A DNA stretch of 64,000 nucleotides from Octopus vulgaris (Eukaryota), in the NCBI GenBank assembly GCA_951406725.2, contig OX597816.1, forward strand, positions 125,674,001-125,738,000, read 5' to 3'. The notes under the pieces are model-generated. The model did no database searches. It was not told the DNA's origin and was given only the letters and a program-made list of their open reading frames with translations. The first letter of the stretch is position 1. Each line of letters opens with the position of its first letter. The position numbers were made by a program, and so were the translations under genes. Of this stretch, positions 54,853 through 64,000 are shown piece by piece.

Positions 54853-54900
54853 ATCTCCGATGAAGGGATATAATAAATATCCTGGAAACAGCTGTAAGAC
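54853..54900 (+). ncRNA. Minimal type I hammerhead ribozyme motif (Penelope-type)
   Basis: atct CCGATGA a gggatat-aataa-atatcct g GAAA CAGCTG TA agac: stem II, palindromic ACAGCTGT stem III, GUA cleavage site and stem I tct/aga. Confidence 0.7.
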
Positions 54901-55432
54901 TTTCTATTTATAAATGTTCTAAAATCTTCACAGCCTTGGGTTTTTTTTATCTCATTCTGGAATTTTTATATATATATATACATAGATATATACATACATA
55001 CTCCAATTAAGATCCTTTGGATCTAGGTTAGAAACCGGTTCTTTCTCTATTGGCAAGAAATCTTGAAATAATACTGAACAATGACATACGTACGTGAGGT
55101 ATCCACTGTTACCGGATGGTAAACCAAGTTTTGCTTCTACTTATATTTAGAAAGACAGTGGTTAATCAGCTACTTACAACGCCAGTGCCGGATTAATCGC
55201 TAGTTTTCTATATACCATTACAAGCGAAATTTGTCCAAACACCCGGAAACAGAAAATACCTGCTGATAATGACGCGTAAATACGAAGAAAATGCGTGATT
55301 TAGCCGTTCCACCGCCGATACTAGATATTCTATACTTTATAACGCAATGTTTGTACGAGATGATTTCTCAAGTTGAATACCGTAGTATTATCGCATTCTT
55401 AAAGTATATCCACGTTAAGCAGGACACACACA

Positions 55433-55494
<62 letters not shown>

Positions 55495-56128
55495 CACATG
55501 CATATATATAAACAAATTATCAATATAAGACTTAATCTATTAAACAAAGTTCAATAAATTTCATCGAGTAAATGAAATGAAGCAGATTAGATGTCACAAT
55601 GATTATCCTTTTATTTCATATTCTCAGACAATTATTTCTGACAAAAAGGACCAAGATTTCCATAAAGAGAACATCACAAAGGTCGAATTTATACTCTTCA
55701 GTAGGTGAGATTTGAAGGTAAGTAAACAAAAAAGACGTTTAAAATATACATTGAATCTTTTCTTAGTTATCATTATTATAGAGGTATTAGTATATTCATT
55801 CTTCCACTCACGATAATTTTAACCAAGACTAAAACATTAAACGTTCTGGCTGTTTAAATATCTAATAATTAATTCTTGTCTTCCTCACTATAAAATCCAA
55901 TAAATGTCTATTCAAAAAACTCTCTAAAGAAAATACTAGTCAAGATGTATGTGAATGTAGATTTAGAAATACCAAATAAGGAGCTATATGTTATTTCAAA
56001 TTCAAATTTCTTAACCGTCATCTATCATACCTACTATGTTTTTAAGTAAATCGGAAGATAGAACTACCAAGTGAGATTAATTAATAGTTTATATAGATAT
56101 TTTATTTAAGTATTTCAGAAAAGTCAAT

Positions 56129-56437
56129 CGTCGTGGCATTCTATTACGCTGCAACGACGATGGTTCCAGTTGACCCGATTAACGTAGTTCTTGGAGAGAT
56201 TCAGTGTGACAAAGCTGGCCCTTTGAAATATAGGTACAACGGAAACAGGAAGAAAAAGTGAAAGAAAGTTGTGGGGAAAGAATACAGCAGGGTTCGCCAC
56301 CACCCCCTGCTGGAGCCTCATGAAGCTTTAGGTGATTTTGGTCAATAAACATTCAGAACGTCCGGTCTGGAAATCAAAACCGCAATCCTCTGACTGTGAG
56401 AGCCCACTGCCCTAACCACTGGGCCATTGTGCCTCTC
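56129..56437 (-). mobile_element. SINE family A (body X + tail A), internally deleted
   Basis: Homologous to 17971-18361. 13-bp TSD cagaaaagtcaat at 56116-28 and 56438-50. Confidence 0.9.
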
Positions 56438-56909
56438 CAGAAAAGTCAATGATCGCTAGACAATATAGTTATTATATGTTGCATTAATTATCTAAAAGCA
56501 GCTAACTGAATTTAAAAGTATGAAACTTACGAAATACAAACTCCTGTAAAGTTATATTTAAAGGAGACCACTTACGTGATTGTCGTAAAATATAATAAGA
56601 GTAACACTGAACTATAATTCGCATTAAGAAAAGTTATTTAAAAAATAAAGATTATTATTTCCTCGATATATTTTGTTTACGGCGAAAATATTGTTGTTTT
56701 TCCTAAAGGAAAGAGCGAAAGAACTAATGGGATATATTTATAAGCAATGCAGAGGAGACAACATTTGAAAAAAGCATACTTACTAGCTAAATTTTACTTC
56801 TAAATGCATATATACGTATACATATACTTATGTTTATACATGAAAGAGGGAGCATATTAAAAATTATTCTCGAAAAGCAATGTCTATTTCATGTACTAAT
56901 AATGTATTC

Positions 56910-56916
56910 AAGATAC

Positions 56917-56982
<66 letters not shown>

Positions 56983-57464
56983 GTAAATATATACACACAC
57001 ATACACGTACATATAGATATATATATATCCACACTGATGAATAAAAAACTATTTACATATACATAAACATACACACATATACATATATATTCATATACAT
57101 AAATATACGTACACACGCATATACATATATATATTTAAGCATATATACATAGACATGCACATACACATACATTTAAATAGATAAACCCGCATACATATAT
57201 ATCTCTATATATATACAAACATATATATATATATATATTCATACATACTCATCCAAATACAGATAAATAAATATACAAGTAAAACATTTACTCATACAGA
57301 CAATACATCTTAAATATTATACAATGTTATTAAAGATAAATTCTATAACGGTTACGGAGATATTAATATTAATATCCCTACAAATGGATGTACCAAGAGA
57401 AAAATTAATAATTTCCAAAAATATTAATAGACGAAATTTAATATAAAAGTATAGTTATACATAT

Positions 57465-57513
<49 letters not shown>

Positions 57514-57675
57514 CACACATATTTTTTTACTTGTATAAAACCATATACATACATATATATATATATACACACACACACATACATATGCGCATATACATAC
57601 ATATACATATATAGATATATACCCACATACATGTGCATATATACCTGTACATACATACACCTACATACATACATA
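56910..57675. repeat. (TA)/(CA)-rich low-complexity block
   Basis: Seen directly. Confidence 0.9.
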
Positions 57676-57959
57676 TAAAAAGCAAAAAAGGAAATATATC
57701 AGGTAAAAAAACAAAAAAGCAATTTAAGGCAAATATATAATGTACCTAAAAACAATACATTCTACATGCATAAATCCATAAATCCGGCTACATAGAAATT
57801 ATATTTGTGTATTTGTCATTTGGATCCACACATACACCCCCCACCCCCCACCAAAAAAAGGGGGCATATTTTATTTTTATATATGTGTATGGGCATATAA
57901 ACATATATACACTATACAGGTAATGGATAGATATAACATACATATATATATAAAACGAT

Positions 57960-58253
57960 AAACGTCGCCCTTTTCAAGCCTAACCAGGCCCATGGGCCCA
58001 GTTTCCCGGTTTCAGTGGCGTATGTGTTCCCCCCAGCAGGACGGGACGCTAGTCCGTCGCAGCGTTACTCAAGAAACAGGAAGAGAGAGCGAGAGAAAGT
58101 TGTGGCGAAAGAGTACAACAGAGGTCACCACCACCCCCTGCTGGAACCTCGTAGAGTTTTTTAGGTGTTTTCGTTCAATAAACACACACAACGTTCGGTC
58201 AGGGAATCGAAACCGCGATCCGCTCCCCTAACTACTGAGTCATTGCGCCTCCA
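57960..58253 (-). mobile_element. tRNA-derived SINE (body X + tail B)
   Basis: Head and body match 17971-18170; tail matches 51301-51410. Confidence 0.88.
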
Positions 58254-58539
58254 CTATACATATATATACATACAAATATCTTGTTTCTTATATCTAAGGT
58301 GTTAATATCATATACATAGCTATTCTTTTTCATATCTAATAGGTTCATATAAGTTATTATGTGTACACTCATTTAGTTTTGTTATAATTCAATTAGTTAA
58401 TTTTGGCTATTGAGCCATTATAGATTTATATGATTGAATTCTTCAATTGCATAGTTCAATTTAGCTATCATTATAGAATGTAATGTTATATCTATAGTTT
58501 AAAAATTATGGTTATATTATTTTAAGATATATATTTAAG

Positions 58540-58930
58540 AAAACGTGTATGATGTTTAAGTGACACCATATCTCATCTATAAATCACTTAAGTCTAATAA
58601 AAGTGCCTACTTATATGTCTACATGAAAAACCTCTTCATTATTTTATAGTTTTCCTCTAGGCATAATCTACAGAATTTATTGTTAATTTTGTAACTAGGT
58701 ACATGTGCTAAAATCTTCCGTTTGATTTTGTAGCTAACTTGTTTTTGCTTCTCAGATGCCATATTTTGTTTATAATCCTGTACTATTCATTTTATTTTGG
58801 TCCCTAAAAGTCGTTTCTTCATTTAAACCAATCTTGCGTTGATCCGATATATTAATACTTAATCATATCTTGTGTAATTATTGTTGCCCGGTATACAACG
58901 TCTTTTTTCTGCAATCCCTTTTTAACATAT
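58540..58930 (-). mobile_element. Penelope-like GIY-YIG endonuclease remnant
   Basis: DVVYRATII..YIGSTQDWFK*R..KIWHLR..YKIKRKILAHVPSY..FCRLCLEENYKI, the typical PLE GIY-YIG C-terminal pattern. Confidence 0.8.
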
Positions 58931-59020
58931 ATCTGTCTGGCTCACTACAATTACAGTTTATATTTTGCCTAGATAATGAAATATTATTATGCCTGATACA
59001 TTTATATAAGTTATGTAAGT

Positions 59021-59083
<63 letters not shown>

Positions 59084-59089
59084 ATTATG

Positions 59090-59430
59090 ATGTTCACTTC
59101 ACAGTCACAAATGTCCCGGTTTCGTTCCCACTGTGCGTATTTTAGACAAATCTTTATAACCTAGGGTGACTCATAACTTGTGAGTAAAATTGGGTAGACG
59201 GACTCTGTATAGAAACCTGAATCCGTGATTGAAGTAGATGTGGATTTGATCTGTAATTCCAAATAACAAACTTGTCTGGGAGAATTTACGCTGGTTTTGC
59301 CTGACATTTACGTTAAGGATACACTTGTTTTTTTTATATAAACGTACATCCATTTGTATGCTAATTCAATAGACAGGTATTTCAGTTGATCGAATAACTG
59401 AATCCTCGTTCTCGAAACCGGCGGAGAACT
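59090..59430 (+). mobile_element. Old SINE: family C-like head + tail A-like end
   Basis: cggtttcgttcccactgtgcg..ttgtgagtaaaattgggtagacgga, then tacgttaaggatacac..gttgatcgaataactg..aaccggcggag. Confidence 0.55.
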
Positions 59431-60297
59431 ATATGACTATATGCAGGACTGTATGCAGGTATGTATGCATATGTATGTATATGTGAATGTGAGAGAGAGA
59501 GAGAGAGAGAGAAAGAAAGAAAGAAAGAGAGAGAGTGTGTGTGTGTGTACATTGATAAATTGTTACTTTGTCTTGCCCACTAAGTAAGGTATGTTTCTCT
59601 GGCGACGTAATATAGGTTAGAAATATGTTTATTATTTTCGTAGGTTGTCGTAATAACGAAATCAATTCTCATACTTCATATTCTATTTTTTTCAAAAAAA
59701 GTTTCAATATGCTGATTTTATTGAAGTTATCTCTCGTTGAATTTAGATTTTAAACATTCCTATAAGTAGGTGTTTGCCTGCCAGTTATATAAACTGATTA
59801 CATTTAATCACTGTTTTTCAGTTTTCTCATAAAAGAGACTCTGTCGTATTTGTATTCAGTATACAAATTTGTTTCTAGAAGTATTTTTGATCAACCTTAT
59901 ATAGAGTTACAAATAATATATTCTGTACTAATTTGTTAGTGCTGCGCCTTACAAACCATAAACATATTAATTACTTTGTTTCAATACTGTATATATGTGA
60001 CTTTTATTGTTGGCATCTATATGATGCTTTGTGTTAATTCTTATTCAAATCATTCATATATTATAATGATTTTAGCATATCCTTTCATGAAGTATCATCA
60101 TGCTCACATGTCATATTATTTTCGCTACAATCAATACGACTTTGATGAATAGCCATTTAGACTGTACCAAAATATAGGTTAATAAAGAAGTGTCATTGTT
60201 ACACAGGAGCACACAGCCTGGTTTAAAAGTGTGAGAGAGAGTGTGTATGCTTGTACGTGAGAATATGCATAACATACACATACATGTATATATATAT

Positions 60298-60358
<61 letters not shown>

Positions 60359-62279
60359 GATGAAGAAACATTCGTATATATATTTTTCTGTATATATATA
60401 TATATATATACATACATGCATGAATACATACATATATACTTGCATATAAATGTCTGTGAGGGGGTGTTTGTGTGTGTGTGCATGTATTTGTATGGGAAAG
60501 AGTTACGTGTGCTTTGCATGTATCTTTGTATTGTGTTTATCTGTATGAATATATCAGTGTATCTGTTTGAATTTGTGAGAATTAAGTAGAGTGGAGGTTG
60601 GGGTTTAAACCTGGGTTGGTGGTTACATGCAAGCAAGCAAAGATAGCTTCTCTTTCTCTTACTTTTTATATTTACAATTACAATTAGTTTGCTAGACCAT
60701 TACTTTTCATAGTCATACATTTTTCTTCCACAACTGACTGCTCGATAAAACAATGGTGCTCATAAATCAGCCATCTGTATTTATTGTCTTTGATCTTTCT
60801 TATTCAAAATGCTACACTTATATTCAACATCAGAGAGTTTCTTTAAATGTCAATAGTTAGTCATGCATTTTTAATGTAAATCAACACAATCAATGATAGC
60901 CATTGAAATCACAGTTTGTCAACTCATTTATCACTTAAAAACCTATGAGATTTTTCTCTCACTCTCTCTCTCTGTCTCTCCCCTTCTCTCTCTTTATAGT
61001 AAGCAATAGTAAATAATGAAATCACTTTTTCTTTACTTAGCACATACATGGTCGATCTTTTAGGATGTGTGTTATAAATAGGTTAAATATCTACAAGCAT
61101 ATTACTGATATTTATTCAATAAATCTCTCTTTCAATGTCTGGTCTGATTAAGTTCGTCCTCAAATCTGTACGGTTATAAACAACATACTTTACCCTTCTA
61201 TCAACTGAGTCAAAACCACCGTTTGAACCGTATAAAAATTAATGAAACCATAAAATATAAAACGAAAATATATGGTTATTACCTTAAAGGTTTTGATATT
61301 CATGCAATGGTGTTTGAAGTAATTTTAAATAGGTTAATGGCTCGACAAAGACCCCCTAAGAATTCGGGCAATAAAAGAACTATAATTATTTAAGATATTA
61401 TCACAGTAAGTAGTTATCATAATTGATAGCAGAAATATTCTTTCGTAGAAGGACTTAAGATTTAACTTGAAACTCTTTGCAAGTCATAAAAATTCTACTG
61501 AAGCCATACAACAAATCATCTCGTAAATCTATTGTTTCTTTAATTACAAATTATTTATTGCTCTTACATTTTTCAAAATCAGAAATAGCATTTTTCTAAC
61601 AAAAGTAAGTGCTCTTCATAAATTATTTCGAACTATATTTCCTACTCTTTCGCTAAATATTTTAAAATTGTTTGAATTTTCTACATCAGCCTCAGCTGGT
61701 ATTATTCTTCAGCTCACCTGCTCTTGATTTTTACTTGCGAAGTTAGTTTTGGATTTAACAATTAGGCAAATGCAAGCATTTTCTAATTACACTTGATATC
61801 TCATAGAACGCTTCACAAAACATAAGTGTTCTCCCATTGATATATTAACTGAACATCTGTCTTTGTCTTCTTCCGTCAAAATTAAGCTTCATCAATGAAC
61901 TTCTTTCACTGCATGAATCCATATGTGCTTTTGAAAAATAAGATTAATTTCATGTTAACTACTTTCCAAACCCGCAGTAATTAAACGAGATGTTAGTTAT
62001 CTTAATTTGTTGATGACAAATCAAGTGTAGAAAAAATTTAATTGCTTTTCCTGATTTTGTGTTGATATAACAAATTAACATCATTCTTTGTGTATAATAA
62101 GATTGTCTGGCAATTTGAATCGTAAATAGAGCGGTGGATTTAAAATTCTGCGTCAATTAGTCCTTGTAGGACTAAAATAAAATCATGAAATAAGAATAGT
62201 TGTAGTTCAAAGTGTCTGTGAAAATGTCACACAGAAAACATCTCTGATATTCTTCCAATCGGTTGGTGGAGTACATTCA

Positions 62280-62838
62280 CTTTTACGGTTTCAAAAAACT
62301 GTGGCCATGCAGGGGCACCGCCGTTTTGCTATACTATTATGATTGAGAGTCTCCTCTGATATGCGGCATTTGGTCAATAAGGGAGTTTTATGTTACTGTC
62401 CTCATTTGTGCCTCCTGTCGCGAGATAGGTTAATCTGGGACTCTCGACGAGAAGGGATCCAGTTCCGTTTTGAAAACACCTGCATCCACTTTTTGTAGGT
62501 CCCTCAGACTCTTTGAGCGAATATTAAAATGCTGTGGGCCGTTGAAATTTAGGTTATTGCAGTAACTGGTCCTGAAGCGCGACGGCATTGCTGGGATCTT
62601 TGCCACTGTGTAGTGGCGATCCGTTCTGGCATTTGTGTAGTTTTCAATGCCAAAGTTTGATGCAATCACTTCCAGGATATTCCAGATGTATATTACTGCA
62701 TATCTCTCCCGCCTTCGCCTTCTACAAGGAGTAGAGTCTTAGCTGCTTCAGTCTTTCCCAGTAGCTAAGCTGTTGCAATGAGACACGTGAAGCTTCAAGG
62801 TCCACTGTTAATTTTACACTGTGGGGTGACCATAGTTT
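62280..62838 (-). mobile_element. CR1-like LINE 3' end
   Basis: LWSPH..LSYWERLKQLRL..RRERYAVIYIWNILE..FNGPQHFN..VFKTELDPFSSRVPD*, followed by a short 3' UTR ending gaaaccgtaaaag. Confidence 0.8.
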
Positions 62839-63509
62839 AACGGAAATTTAAAAACACATTTTTTGCCAATTTCTATAGAGACTCTTGCGAAAAAGTTAAT
62901 GATCCTTTGTCATTTGAAATTTAAAACTTAGATGTTAGAAATTTATTTTTAAATTTATCATTTTATTTACATAATATTGATATTTTAGCACTAATTTTTC
63001 ATACTTTTTAAAAATAATAAAACCAGTTATTAAACTGTTTATACCGTTGATATATCATTATTTTTTTTAAATTTGATTAAGTAGAATAACATGTATATAA
63101 CATATTTGATTTTTCAGTATGACAACATTTGGAAAGGAAGAATTTATCGATTAAATCGATCCTGAAGAAAAGGGAACACAAAGTACAGAAATACAAAAAT
63201 AAATATCTAGATTAAATATACATAATTGTTAAATGCCTGTCAATTGTCTCCACTTTGTTTTCATAGAAACATAAGCCTCTAGACAGTCAACGATTAATTA
63301 TAAAACTATGTTGATATAAGTTGAAAAACGTCAAAAATAGTAAAAAATTGTTTAAGGAATTCTCGTCATGAATTTTCCTTTTAACAATTTACCCAAGGTA
63401 AATATCAATAATGAAATCAAAGTAACGTCAAAAGCAAAAGGAGTAATTGGTTTAACAATGGTAATATAACAAAGAAAAGTTGCAGGTTATAGAACAGAAA
63501 CAATCGAAC

Positions 63510-63625
63510 ACTTGAGGAAATTTACTCAAACAAATCGACTCCAGTACTTACTTTTTGTAAAGCCTGGTAATTATTTTATCGGTTTCTTTTGTCGAACTGC
63601 TAATTTATAATCACGCAAACTAGTG
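63510..63625 (-). mobile_element. SINE family C fragment
   Basis: caaatcgactccagtactta..gcctggtaattattttatcggtttcttttgtcgaactgctaa matches 33274-33345. Confidence 0.65.
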
Positions 63626-63941
63626 TGTGTATATATATATATATAAACCCGACCTTTGCCGTAAAGTTATCTTTAATACTACAATCTTTATTATATAATG
63701 TTGGTATGTTAATTCGTGGTAGATACAAAAGTTCATTGGTATTTACATGTAATATTTCTTTTCGGACTTAGGATATGAAATCTGTAACAGTTGCAGTCAA
63801 TATTTTCATTGTATAAATAACTGCATTTACCTGCTTCCTATTAAATATTTTGTGCACCTGTAACAAATATCTAGGTATTTTATGTATATCTATATGTGTA
63901 TTTGTGTGTGTGTATATGCACGCACACACACACACACACCA

Positions 63942-63972
<31 letters not shown>

Positions 63973-64000
63973 CATTATTATTGAGTGACAGACCAGTGCA

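Overview
AT-rich eukaryotic (animal) genomic DNA with no confidently identifiable host gene. The SINE families and dense (TA)n/(TACA)n/(ATT)n microsatellites suggest a coleoid cephalopod, probably an octopus (inference). Nearly every ORF in the supplied track is a microsatellite read-through or a decayed transposon frame. Decayed elements present: R4/Dong-type LINEs with a (TAA)n tail, an RTE LINE, a CR1-like LINE 3' end, a Chapaev3-type transposase, three mariners (one Hsmar1-like), a long-TIR rosa-like element, Helitrons, Penelope-like remnants, a solo LTR and several tRNA-derived SINE families. The most interesting signals are: (1) minimal hammerhead-ribozyme motifs with palindromic stem III, including a head-to-head pair flanked by one 10-bp TSD; (2) a 5S rRNA copy fused to a tRNA/CORE SINE, apparently inserted as one unit; (3) a complete 2x2 set of SINE body/tail combinations; (4) a SINE tail shared with a CR1-like LINE 3' end. 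All calls come from manual reading and no database search was run.
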